From: Psilocybe cubensis
Taxonomy: Eukaryota
Reading direction: 5' to 3'
Length of the DNA stretch: 64,000 nucleotides
NCBI GenBank assembly: GCA_017499595.2
Contig: CM039010.1
Location: forward strand, 1,922,001 to 1,986,000
Under the pieces are notes generated by a model, which had not been told where the DNA came from, ran no database searches, and worked only from the letters and a program-made list of their open reading frames with translations. Position numbers and translations under genes: made by a program. Below are positions 38,992 to 51,684 of the stretch, piece by piece. Every line of letters starts with the position of its first letter. Position 1 is the stretch's first letter.

Positions 38992-41593
38992 CTAATAAAT
39001 CTGCAACCCCGCCAACGAAGGATCATACTCCGAAGTCGCACTCGCACTCGCACTCGCACTTCTACTCCCACTCACACTCCCACTCACACTGCCGCTTCTA
39101 GTACTACTGCTCCTCCCAGCACCGCCTTTCCCCGACACAGACGCCGACGCCGACGCAGAAGCAGGAGACGGCGACACACTAGCACTCGCACTTGCACTCG
39201 CACTCGACCCCGAACTCGGCCCGCGCTGTACACGGCCCCCTGCCCCCACACCCGTACCCACACCAAGGTTAGGACGGAGATTCAACATATTCAACTGCGG
39301 CACGCTCACACCACCACTCGCACCCGTACCCGCACTTGTGCCCCCACGCGCGGATGGAGGGGGCGAATATACACCCTGCATACGCCCTGAAGGGCGATAC
39401 GGCGGTACACGCTCATTGCTCGCACTAGCGCTCGCACTGGTGCCGGCGCTCCCACCACCACCACCACCGCGTCCCTCAGACCCCTGATAACTCGAATGCG
39501 ACGATGTAGTCGACGTAGATGGCGAGCGGCTCCTAGGAACAGGTATCGGTATCGGTCCGGGGATGGGTCCAGGGATGGGGACGCGGTAGTAAGCATTAGC
39601 GTTCGCAGGTGGGAGCAAGCGCGGGTCAATAAGCGTATCATCCACACCGCTTGCTGATCCCTGTCCTTGGACTTGCGCGCGCTGCGCACTAGAACCACCA
39701 CCGCCGCCACCACCACTGTTGCTACCACCGCTAGTGCTTCGCGCAGTGTACGCCATCATCGACGAATGCGGAGGCGGGGGAGATTGGGCATAGGACATAT
39801 TCCAAGACGGCGACGGAGAAGGAGACGACGTCTGCTGATACCCCTGCATCTGCTGCTGCTGCGGGTGATACCCTCCATACACATCCTCCCCAGGACCAGG
39901 ATACCCGCCCCCGCCCCCGGCCCCGCCCGCCATCTGTCTCAACCAATCATCAATCGCCGCGCCGGCTTCTAAACCCATTGAACTGGCACTGGCATTGGCA
40001 TTGGCACCGGCGTTGGAGTCGTATATTGACAACGCCGTATCCTCAGCCGGTATCCCCATAGCCGAAGGGAGCGAGAGCGGGAGCGCCATGATCGTACAAT
40101 CCAGACACGTCGCGCACGTTTCGGGGTTGCGACATGACGCGTAGGCGTACGCGGGGGGAACACCGCGCGTAGCCGATGCGTGGTTGTTGTTATTATTGTT
40201 GCTGTTGTTGTTGGAGTTGGAGTTATGGTGCAGACACCCAGGACACGCGCACCCGTCGCCGCACCCGCACAGCGAGGGGAACGGGTCCGCGAATGCGGTG
40301 GTGCCCGCACCTGCACCTGTACCCGAGTTGAACGGCGACCACATGGCTGAGGACGACGACGACGGTGGTGGTGGGAGCGGCGAAGCATCCATCATCTGTA
40401 TATCGCCATACGTCTGATTTTGAGTCTGATACGCATATCCAAAGGGCGCGTATGATGCCGAAGCGTGTTGTGAAGGGTGATATGGCGTTGGTATACTATA
40501 TCCAGCAGAAGCAGAAGCAGAGGAGGAAGAAGAAGAAGCGTGTTTGTACGGTTTATGGTCGTGGTGGCGGCTCCCATGCGCATGCGGGAGGCCCGTCGAC
40601 GGATCGTGTACGGGGCCAACGCCAAATGTATACGGGTACGGGTACGGATAACCGCCTTCTGAGGCGGAGGTCGGGCGCGGGAGGACGGGGCGCAGCTCGG
40701 CGATGCGCGCGAGGATCTGCGCCGAGGTGCGCGAGGGCGTGTAGGGGTGCCTCGGATTCGTGTTCATGGAGGACGGGCCCGGGGACCCTGTGTGTCGCTG
40801 CTGCTGCTGCTCGCTGGGCACACCACCACCACCCATTCCATCGCGCTCCCGCTCGCGAAGCTCGCGGTCGCGGTCTCGTGCGCGGGAATGCTTTGTGCGG
40901 GGTGTGACGCAGCTGCAGGGGTCGCCGGACCTGCACTTGTGGGCCTGGCGGAGGACGCCTAGTGTACAAGTGCAAGATCAGCATCAAAGGGAGAGAGAGA
41001 TAGAGCGCGGTCGGCTGGGGGGAGAAGAGAAGGGGCTGCATACCACCATAGTCCGAGGAGTCGGATGAGGCGCCTTCTGTGAGGCTTTGGCTTTGAAACG
41101 CGACCGACGCTTCCAAGGCTTGTGGCAAGCCGTTGGGAAACGCGGCGCTCTCAAATCCCTGCTTGGGACCTGAGCAACGAAGAGCGGGGAATATAATCTT
41201 ATCCGTGAGCTGGCTATGCAAGGTAGATGGTAAAGGGAAAGGGGGCCAACACACCTTGCGGGGCGGACGCGTGGGGGTCGTCTTTAGCTTCGCAGATGCA
41301 TTTTACGTGGACTTGTTTTGTTTTTCGGAGCTCGCGACAGTGCTCGCATTGGGTGACTGGACGCCCCTTTTTCTTTATTTCAAAGAGGGGCCGGTCGGTG
41401 TGTTTGCACGCGGACGAGCGGTGACCTTTTATGCAGGTCTCACTAGAAAACAGAAAAAAAAGGTCAGAAATATGCAACGACGAGCAAAATGGCAGCATAT
41501 ATGCATACCATGCGTATTTCTTGCTGCTGATGATCTGTGTGCCGCTGTGAGACGCGACGAGGGGGTGTGTGGTATTAAGACAAGACATACCAT
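38992..41593 (-). CDS. Copper-fist DNA-binding transcription factor (Ace1/Cup2/Mac1 family; multi-exon)
   Basis: KKYA/CETCIKGHRSSACKHTDRPLFEIKKKGRPVTQCEHCRELRKTKQVHVKCIC. Later Cys cluster CGCGDGCACPGCLHH..CRNPETCATCLDC. The first exon is ATG only, followed by GTATGT. Confidence 0.92.
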
Positions 41594-44500
41594 TGTGATA
41601 AGTTGAGATATAGCGCTGTGGGCGATGCCCGCCAGCGACAAGCACTGTGTGGGTTATTGAACAAAGACGCAAGCGGTGAATGCGGCGTATTTAATCATCG
41701 TTTCAGTGGATGTGAAATGGGTTGAGAGGGGGGGAGTTGTTGACCATAGTTGACAGGCCCGGTCTTCCTTATACACCGCACAGACCACCAATACACCCCC
41801 ACACACAGCCGCAGGTAAACATGGCCAAACACCGTCGATTAGATTAATTGCTTCTTCCTGCTCCTTTCCCCGCGTTTTTCCCCGCAATGTGGGTGTAGAG
41901 TCACACACCGCTCTGCGTCCCTCTGGTGTGCGCTGGGGGATGTTGAATTGCGCAAGGGGTATTTTGCTGCGATTTTTGTTTCTTTTTCTTTGTTGGGGTT
42001 GTAGATTGGGGGGAGATCAGGCGAGAGTAATGTTGCGGGCTTTTCGCCAGAGGATGGAGAATTTTACTGCGCGCTACTCTGGCCTCATGTCCTCTCTTAT
42101 CTATTTCTTTTTTCCCTTACCTTTTTGTTTTTGTTTTTTCTCCACCGCCACTTCATGTTTCTTTTTCTCTTCCCGCGAAAGACACCACACCGTAGACCCT
42201 GCACTCGCTGACTAACTAGCGAACCCTCCATTGGGTTCAGCCAGCAAAGCCCAACCCAAAGAGCCAGCAAAACAAAAGGAATCATCTGATCCGACTGGCA
42301 GGGCTGTGCATCGCAGACAGGTGGTGTGGGTTCGCTCGGTGAGGGAATTTCGCTGGGGGGGGGGGCAACGCCTAAGGACAGGCTCGCTATAGCAGGCTAT
42401 TTCCCCTTGCACTTCCTTTTCGCCTCGCGCGTGTTCAAAAAAGTTCCCTCACCTTGTCAACGGCCGCCTCGCTCTCCCAACAGAAACGGAAACAGAAACA
42501 GAAACAGAAACGCAATTCAGAATTTCAGAAGGCTGATGCAGATGTGCGCCGCCTCCCAACTTGAATTCGACCCCCTTTGGGTCTTCGATGCCTTTTATGC
42601 CCGTGCGCGACGCGCGGTGCAAAATACTCCCCCAGCTCCTATGTGCGCTGACTTTAAATCGCAACCCCACCGTTTACGCGCACACTCTGTTCTGTTCTTA
42701 TTTATCCTCGCTCCAAAGTCACGTTCACGTTCTCTAGATTCTCAGTAGAGAGATAGATTCTCGCCATCACATCATCCTCCCAGCCTTCCATCCAGCAATC
42801 TTTTTTTACCCCTGTCCTGTCGTGTCCTATCCCTATCTGCGATGCTAATAAAAACCCCCACCCGATCGAGAGAAGACCGTGACGCGAGCGAGCAAGCAAC
42901 GGTCACCAGCCCATGCCCACCTGTCTGCGCGTGGCCGTGGCATGTGCGTGAGTGAGTGTGAGTGTTCTGAACACGCACACGAGCACGATTGGGCCCTGAG
43001 AGCTGGCGTGGACGTGGACGTGGACTCGGACGTGGTGGACATCGAGGCTATGTCATTGTCAAAGTCTCGACTCGCGTCTGGTCTTATCGTCGTCCCATGG
43101 CCAACTCAATGTGAATGTGAATGTTAATGTGAATGTTAATGCGAATGCTCAGACTTAGCTCCAATCTGCATTGTCCACCGTCCACCGTCCATTGTCCATT
43201 ATCCACTGTCCACTGTCGTAGCTGTCGAATAGAGTCGATATCGATATGAATATCAAATATCAAATAGAATCCAATCTAATCTAAACGGGCATAGATATCA
43301 ATAGTATACTATATCCAAGTCCCAAGTCCCAATTATCTGGAATCATAATCAACCTCTGGCTTTCATCGACATCGTTTGTCAATCTAACTTTTTGTTGTTT
43401 TCCTCAAGTTTTCCTTTCTTCCTTTTCTTTTCTTTTCTATTTCTTTTTCTTTTCACTGTCATCTCGCCTCGCCTCTTTTCCCAAAACTGCAATACACCCC
43501 ATCCCGTACCATCCCATCGGATTGCAATACAATACAATAACACTGCTACAATGACCACTATCAGCAATCAGACGGTACGTCCACATCCCCATTCCATCCA
43601 ACCGCATCTCATCCAACCCCATCCCCATTCTACTCAATTGCAACTCCAACCCCAACCCCATTCCATCCAACCCATTCGCGTCCCACTCAACCTCCACCTA
43701 CGTCCAGCTAAGTACGTTCACCAAGGATATCATCGCATGTCGATCCACTGACCACTGTCCAATTCCTAATACAAAAAATCCAAATCCAAATCCAAATATA
43801 AATATAAATATAAATATAAATCCAATGGTTAATGGTTATTCTCCAATCCCTTGGGGATGAGCGCCAGTCAAGTCAATACAATTTCGCAATGTCTGGTACG
43901 ATTCGGATTTGCGATCCACGGTTGTGAATCCATGATCCACGTTTCGAAAATCGCGAATCGTGAGGCTGAGGCTGATTAAGAGGCTGCGGGTGAGGCAGAA
44001 GCTGGCAGACGCAGATTGATTTAGAATGTGGACAAGGACGAGGATAAGAACGAGGAAGAGGACGAGGAGGACATAGGACGAGGACGAGGCTTGGTATAAA
44101 GAAAGAACGAGTACTAGAAGTACGAAGAAGAACCACGGAGGGCTCAGAACCACGGAGAATACTTATAATTATAATAAGAATAAGAATAAGTCAATGTAGA
44201 AGTCAAAGTACAAGGCAAGTGGAAGTGGAAGTGGAAGTGGAAGGAAGCTCTGCGAAGCAATCGTAGTAGAAGCACAATCTACTTATCTGCCTGCCTGACC
44301 ACAACACATGGCGAATAATTATAAATTAATGCAGTGCAGTGCAGTGCAGTATTCGTGCAACCTACACACACACCCTCCCTCCGAGTTTCTCCACTGGCAG
44401 GCTAACACCCGGATTCATACTCATACTCATACTCAAATACACTCACTCAAAAAAAAAAAAAAAAAAAAACTCGTGCTCCAGAGTCCGATAAACACAACGG

Positions 44501-45213
44501 ACGATACTTCTCCTCTCTCTCCCTCCTCCTCCTCCTAGAACCAGAGAAATACGCACTTCAACCTGGCTTCAACACTCAGGCCGATCATGAGCGCGAGCGC
44601 GAGCTCTAACAAGTCTTCTTCTTCTTTTGCTCCAAACATAAACACTCACCCATGGCCACTGCAAAAATAAACGACTCTACGCAACTGCGATCGGCCATCT
44701 CGACTTCGTTATTAATAATACTACATACAACACAGTATCCTCCCAAGAATCGATGGCCAAAGAATCCCAAAATTTCCAGATTTTGTGGGATATGTTTAGA
44801 ATCTGAATGCACTGCCGCACTGTCAAATGAATGAAATGTATGAAATTAGACTGAATGAACTGAATTGCAGGATAGAGATAGGGATAGTATCATCCCGAGC
44901 TTGACCTTGGTTCTCATGTTCATGGCAGTTCATGGCTCACGGTTCATGATCGGATGATCACATTGCAGCCGATGTTGTCGTGGACGTGAAGAGCGTGTTG
45001 CACTGCCAAGGAATGCAATTAGATGTGCGTATGACACTGGACAGGCTGAAGTCTGACGTCAGACACGATCCTTCATGATCAAGCTCACAATTCACAAACG
45101 TCCAAGTGCGCTTCTTCAAAAAACAAAAAACAAATCAAAAACACAAAACACAAAAATCCCGTTAGTAGTAATCAGTACATCCTTTCTAAATAATTTTTTC
45201 TTCCATTCCAAAA

Positions 45214-46945
45214 TCACTCAACACCATACTTCCCAACCCACTCCAAATGGAACTTTTCCAACTTACCCACATACTCCTCCACACCCGGACACAAACACGT
45301 AAGCCTATAATGCCACTCGCCCTCCCTCTGTCCAAACCCACTGCCAGGTACAACACAAATCCCCGTCGCATCCAACAACCTCAGCGCATACAGCGCATCA
45401 GGCTCCTTGCCCTCCTCCTCCGCCGCCTTTCTCGCCTTTTCCGAAAGCCGGATGCGCGGGTAGAGGTATAGTGCGCCTGGGGAGTCGACGCATGATACAC
45501 CAGGCAGTGCGTTGAGTCTTGCGGACATTATGGATGTGCGTTGGGCGAGTGCGGCGTGGATGGTGTCTGTTTCTTGTTTCCATAGTGCGTAGCTTGGCGA
45601 GCCGGGTTGTGGCGGGCGGACCATGGAGTCCACCCCAATTTGCCCTGCGAGCGGCGGGCACAAGCCGACAGAAACCATCTTGTACAAGAGCGCAATCACC
45701 TCCTCCGTGAAATTCGTGCACTCAAAGTACCCGCCCCGCCGCCCGCACTCGCCCGAGACGCCCTTGGAGATGGAGTGGAACGATACGAGCGGGACGCGCG
45801 AGTCCAGTCTCGACACGATCTTCTTGAACGAGGTGAACGGGTGCGTCGCACGGCGGTGCAAGTTGTCCTGGTACACCTCATCCGCAAGCAGCACGAGACC
45901 ATTCGCCTCGCACAGTCTGACGAGCGCTTCCTGTGTCGCCTCATCCAACAGTGCGCCGGTGGGATTGCCGGGGTTAATAACGACCAGTCCTTTCGGTATC
46001 ACACCCTCTTTCCGTGCGTCAGCCAAAGCGTCCTCGATAGACGCGACGGACGTGGACCACCCGTTCGGCTCGTCGAGGTAGTACGGGATGGGCACGCCCT
46101 GGTGCTGCGCGAGCGAGGCGGTGTAGAGGGGGTACTGCGGGATGGGGATGAGGATGCCGGCTTTGGGCGTGTTGATGAGCATGTTGATGAGGAGGGAGAC
46201 GCCAGCGGATGCGCCGCCTGTGAGGAAGATCGTCGCTGGATCCGCCGGGTACCCGTCGCGCGCTGTGATGCGATGCACAAGGTTAGTACGGTGAGGGATA
46301 TAAATAGCGTAGCGGAAAGTATTGTGTAGCGAGGACAAACTTGCCTTCGATGAACTTGGCGACGCTGTTGCGGATAAAAGGCACACCTTGGCTGTGCGAG
46401 TACGCGCCTATGGAACCGATTTCCCTCCTTAGCTCCTCTGCGCGCTCGAGCACGTCCGCTGGGAACACGTCCGGCGCGAGCTTTGCGAGCTCCGGCCACT
46501 CCATCAGCGCTGCGACCTGCAAGCATCGAGTCGAGCATCAACATCAACATCAATCAAATGGGGGTTAGGGGTGCTAAGTAGTGAGGTAGCTTTGCAGGCT
46601 CACCTGGCGGGTAAACGTGATCGGGGGCTGATCCAGCCCTTTTTGCTGGGGGTTACCGATGTTGGACGAGATGACTTTATCAAACGGCAGCCCGTGCGCA
46701 GGCTCCTTGAGCTTGTCGCGCAGGAGCTCGGCTTTGATCGCGAGCTCGCCGCGCACGGCGTACTGCACGTTCTGGAAGGCCGGGTTCAGGGCGTCGAGCG
46801 AGTGCGCGGCCATGGTTGTTGTGAATGTGCGTCGGTGGTGTGGTAGATGGTGGTTGTGATTTGGACTAGGTATTATCGATGGTTGAGGTCTGATTCTGCT
46901 ACGGCATGCATAGGCATGCCTCAAGGCTGGACCCGGGGGTGTCAT
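45214..46945 (-). CDS. ALT1: Alanine aminotransferase (PLP-dependent class I; multi-exon)
   Basis: YAVRGELAIKAE, SSNIGNPQQ, GAYSHSQG, VINPGNPTG, LADEVYQ, SFHSISKGVSGECGRRGGY, TGICVVPGSGFGQ. Confidence 0.94.
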
Positions 46946-47668
46946 TGTAAATTCCGGTTCGCGTGATCAGAGATGGTAAAATAACAGGTGCGCAGGACGA
47001 GCTCGTAGTCGTTTGTGTCTCTTGTCCTCTTTTTCTTGTCCTGGGAGCAGAGAGACAAGTAGCAGGAACAGGCGAGGTGGCACTGGAGAACAGCGTCTGT
47101 TTATATAGGACACAAGTAAGCTGGCAGTGCACCTTCCTCGCTGTTCTGCGCGTTGTGCAGAGCCAGCTAAGCCAGCCAGCTCGAGTCACAAATTTAGATA
47201 GACCGGACGGTCGGACGTCCGTCGGAGTCCGAAATGGCTTGTACTTGACCCACTCATGGGCAAAAGTCGCGCAGCGCAGCGCGCTTACTAGGTACAAGTA
47301 ATACCCCAGATTAACCCCAGATTCACCCGCCTCGCTGCTTTAATGCATCCCCGTTCAGCTGATACTTCGTATAATATCCATCATCCCCGGGTTTGAGTCG
47401 AGACGGATCCAGTCCAGAAGTGAGACGAGCACGTGATCCTTGAAACAGAGATAGATCAGGCAGAGGTCGGTGCATAGCATGGACAAACAAAGAATGCGAC
47501 CCGTGCTAATTTTTTTTTCCTTTGACGCACTTTACTTGGGAGCGAGCGCTCATCGACATCCACTCGACTTGGCTCGACCATCGACCATCGAACGTCGACA
47601 CCATCCGTGTGTCGTATATCAAAAAGCAAACGAAAGTTAACTAGAGACTAGAGACTAGAGGACGATAT

Positions 47669-50225
47669 ATGCCCGACGCTTTTTTCGCAGGGACGAAGCA
47701 GCGCAAGCGGAAGCGCTCCGATGCAGAGCCACGGCATGGCGTAAAAAAGTTCGCTCGAAAGCCGCAGCATGGTTCAGACAAAGTCAACGCAAAACCAAAC
47801 TCAAAAGCAAAGCCAAACCCAAAAAAACGCAGGGACGAAGAGCTCTCAGACCAAACCGACTCTGATGGCGTCGGCGCAGTAGACGACATGGACCTCCGCG
47901 CCGACTCTGTCGACCCCAACGCAAGCGATGCAGAGGAAGATGAAGACGAGACGCCAGCTGAGAAACGGCTGCGGCTTGCACAGTTGTATTTGGAGAGTGT
48001 TAAATCTGGCTTGGGTGCGTCTTTGTTTTTTTTTCTTTTGAGATTTGTGGTTTTTGACGGAGGAATGCCATTCATTTTGATTGGGATGTGTGTGTGATGC
48101 AGCGGAGGGCGAGTTCGATGCGGCAGAGGTGGATAGGGAGTTGATCCAGGCGCGACTTAAACAAGATGTACTCGAACATTCGGGCAAAGCGCATTTATTC
48201 ATCGCAGACTCTGTACGTTGCCTTCCCTCCCCTCCCTTCCCATCTTTCTACACGCACCACACCATCCGATCTCTGACTTTCTCCTTTTTTTTGCTCTGTG
48301 TGTTTTGTGCTTTGTATTTTGCGTGACAGTTCGACTTTACCCAACCGCCCACATCCGTCCTGCGCACGCGCGGGCACAGGCTGTCCGTCACATCCGCCGT
48401 CGCGTCCGAGTCGGGCTCAGGCCCTTCCACTGCCTACCTCTTCACATCCGGTAAAGAGGGACATATCATCAAATGGGATTTGTGCACGGGTAAAAAGGTC
48501 GCTTCGCTCTTTAAACTTCGGGACCCCGCCTCTGCCTCTGTCGATGCCCCAACCAACGGCAATGGCAAGGGGAAAGCGCAGGGGAAGGGGAAGGGCAAAG
48601 GGAAGGGCAAAGGCAGAGCGCCCCCGGACGCGGCGGTGCCAGGACACACGGACGAGGTGCTCGCGCTCGCGCTGAGTGGCGACGGGAGGTACCTCGCGAG
48701 TGCGGGTCGCGATCGCCGCGTGTGTGTATGGGACGCGGCGCGTGCGGAGTGGGTTAAGTCGTTCTGTGGGCATTTGGGGCATAAGGATGCTGTGAATGTA
48801 CGTGTTGCTCTTTTTTTTTGTTTTGATAAAATAATACAATGCGCAATGCTTATTGACTTGTTCTTTTTACATCACGACATGACATATACATATACAGGCC
48901 GTAAGCTTCAAAAAGGGGACAAACCAGCTCTACTCCGCCTCCGCAGACCGCACACTCAAAGTATACGACCTCACGCCCTCCGTGCTCGGCTACGTCGAGA
49001 CATTATTCGGGCACCAAGACGGCGTACCCGCACTCGACGCTCTGCGCGGGGACACGTGCGTCAGCGTCGGCGCGCGGGACAAGACGGCGCGGTTTTGGAA
49101 GATTGTGGATGAGACGCAGTTGGTGTTTAGAGGTGGAGGACGGAGTAGGGTGCGGGAGGTGTTGGAGGGGGGGTTGAGGGGGGATGAGGAGGGGAGTGAG
49201 GATGAGGAGGGGGAGGAGGAGGAGGGGGAGGGGGTGGATGGGAAGGGGAGTGGGGGTGGGAATGGAAAGGGGAAGGGGAAGGGGAAAGAGAAGAAGTTTG
49301 TAGAGGGCAGTTTGGAGAGTGTGGCGATGATTGACGAGACGACGTTTGTGAGTGGTGGTGATAGCGGGTATGTTTCTTCCTCTCTCTCTCTCTCTCTTTT
49401 GTTTTTGTTGGGATTTCTTGGTTGTTAATGCGTGTCTGTGTAGCTCGATATGCCTTTGGAGCACGCTGAAGAAAAAACCGGTGTTCACGCAGCCGCTTGC
49501 GCATGGGTTCAACGAGGTGCTGTCCGAGTCGGAGGGCGTTATTAAGACGCCAAGGTGGGTTACTGCTCTAGGCTGTCTGCGCTACTCGGATATCTTTGCT
49601 TCCGGTACGTCTACACTCCATTCCATTCCACCACTTTCCCTACCTCCAAAAGTTACGTGAATACATGCTGACGACGTTGCTTGTTTACCTGCTTTTACTT
49701 TACTTTTTATTTTATTTTTTATTTGTATTTGTAGGATCTTGGGACGGTGAAGTGAGGCTATGGAAGGTAGATGCGAAGCTAAAGTCGTTTAGTCTCGTCG
49801 GGACTGTCTCCGTTCCTGGCGTGATCAACTCGCTGCAGCTGCTGAGCACGACAAAGGCGTTTTTAGAGGCTACTACCTGGGGCTCGCCCTCCTCTTCCTC
49901 GTCTTCCTCTTCCTCTTCCTCCTCAGCAACGACAACGCAAAAAGACATTGATATGGACCCGACTACAACAACGACAACGACAACGACGAGTATGAACAAG
50001 AAGAAGCCGGCAGAGGTACCTGTGAACCCGTTCATACTCGTCGCGGGTGTAGGGCAGGAACATAAGCTTGGGCGGTGGTTGAGTGTGAAGCATCAGCCGC
50101 AGCAGCAGCAGCAGGGTGAAGGAGAAGGAGGAAACGACGGCGGTGCTGCTGCGCGGAACGGCGCGGTTGTGTATGCGTTTTGGCCGCGGACGTTGGGTTC
50201 CTCTTCTCCCTCTTCGTCGTCGTGA
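47669..50225 (+). CDS. RRP9: U3 snoRNP-associated WD40 protein Rrp9 (multi-exon)
   Basis: ETPAEKRLRLAQLYL, GHTDEVLALALSGDGRYLASAGRD, YVETLFGHQD, VSVGARDKTARFWKIVDETQLVFRGG, VAGVGQEHKLGRW. Confidence 0.94.
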
Positions 50226-50829
50226 TTTTTTTGTTATGATTTTATGACTTTTTTTTTTTCGTTTGTTGTTGTCGTTGTCGTTGCTTTACCACCTACCATT
50301 TCATCTTTTTTTCTACTATCTCTATTCTTTGGATATCACTTTTTGTTTCCTCGCTTGTGTTCGTGGGGCGTCAGCGCGTCAGCGATGATGATGATGATGA
50401 CGACGACGACGTTTTAGGATGTGCGCTGCTGAGGACCAGGAGGCCAAGGTTGTGATCGTGATCGGGTTTGTGTGGTGTGGTGTGGACAAAGTCAAGTCAC
50501 ATTGTGGGTTTGGGGGCGTGCCAAAGAATACCATTAATTTGGATGTGTTGTGCAATTCTCTCCTCTCTCCTCTCCTCTCCTCCACACACTGTGGTTTATT
50601 ACACCACGCCCGTTACCCGTACCCGAGCGATCTCTCTCAATCTCCGTTATTATTATCGTACTATTGTGCTACTACTACTACTAGTCCCGCCCGCCCCACG
50701 CACCGCCGCGCTGCGCAACGCCAAAAGCAAAAGAAATACAAAGGATTATTGAGATTTATCAGGGGAGGTGTATACGTCTGAAGAATATCAGTATAGAACT
50801 CGGAACGCTCAAGCGTTAAAGGCGGGAAG

Positions 50830-51495
50830 CACTGCGGGCGCCGACTGCTATAAGTTAAACATACAGCAGTAAACTTACATGTCTTATGTAAGTTTAGGTG
50901 TATGTTCAACTTACAGCATATGTGTCGGGAAAACAAAAATTTAACAAAGACATATTGTGTTTGGTGGCTGTATGCCGACCAAACACAATTACTGTAAGTA
51001 GCCTGTAAATAGAATAAACACCTAAATTACACAAATTGTGTTTGTCCGGTGTTAGTAAAACATACACATTTTCTGTAAGTAATACAAACAGCACTTACTG
51101 TAAGTAAAAATTACACACAAAGAAAACAATTTGTGTATGTTATACTTACACAAGTTTTTCAATTCATTTAATGGTGTAAGTCTGACATACACAAATAGTG
51201 TTCTTTGTGTGTAAATTTTACTTACAGAAAGTGCTGTTTGTGTCATTTACAGATAATGTGTATGTTTTACTAACACCGGACAAACACAGTTTGTGTAATT
51301 TAGGTGTTTATTCTATCTACAGTCTACTTACAGCAATTGTATTTGGTCGGCATACAGCCACCAAACACAATATGTCTTTGCCGAGTGTTTGTTTTTCATA
51401 CACGTGTGCTGTATGTCGAACTTACAGCGAAACTTACATAAGACATGTAAGTTTTCTGCTGTATGTTTAACTTACAGCGGTCGGCGCCCGCAGTG
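50830..51495. mobile_element. Non-autonomous CACTA/CMC-type foldback element (MITE, 666 bp)
   Basis: Begins CACTGCGGGCGCCGAC and ends GTCGGCGCCCGCAGTG. Imperfect inverted arms of about 295 bp. 3-bp TSD AAG at 50827-50829 and 51496-51498. Confidence 0.9.
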
Positions 51496-51684
51496 AAGGC
51501 GGGAACTCAACACTTCGATTCTTCGATTCGACGACGCGGACCACAAGCCACTGAGAACGCGAAAATATAAGACTATACAAAACGCACACACGCACGCACA
51601 CACAACCAAAGGCGAGCGAGAAGGGGTATACAATTATACAATCATACATCTACACACTACCCTACCCAACCCCAACAACAAATA

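Noticed and set aside
13309-41593. Copper/iron gene cluster (tyrosinase, CCC1, copper-fist factor)
   Set aside because: The genes are more than 20 kb apart with unrelated genes between, and no convincing metal-response elements were seen. Proximity may be chance.
38692-44812. Numerous long overlapping or antisense ORFs
   Set aside because: These are shadows of GC-rich exons and microsatellites that lack stop codons.
50819-51505. 10-bp TSD AAGGCGGGAA for the foldback element
   Set aside because: The left copy does not directly abut the TIR. A 3-bp AAG TSD in a pre-existing short tandem repeat fits the CACTG ends better.
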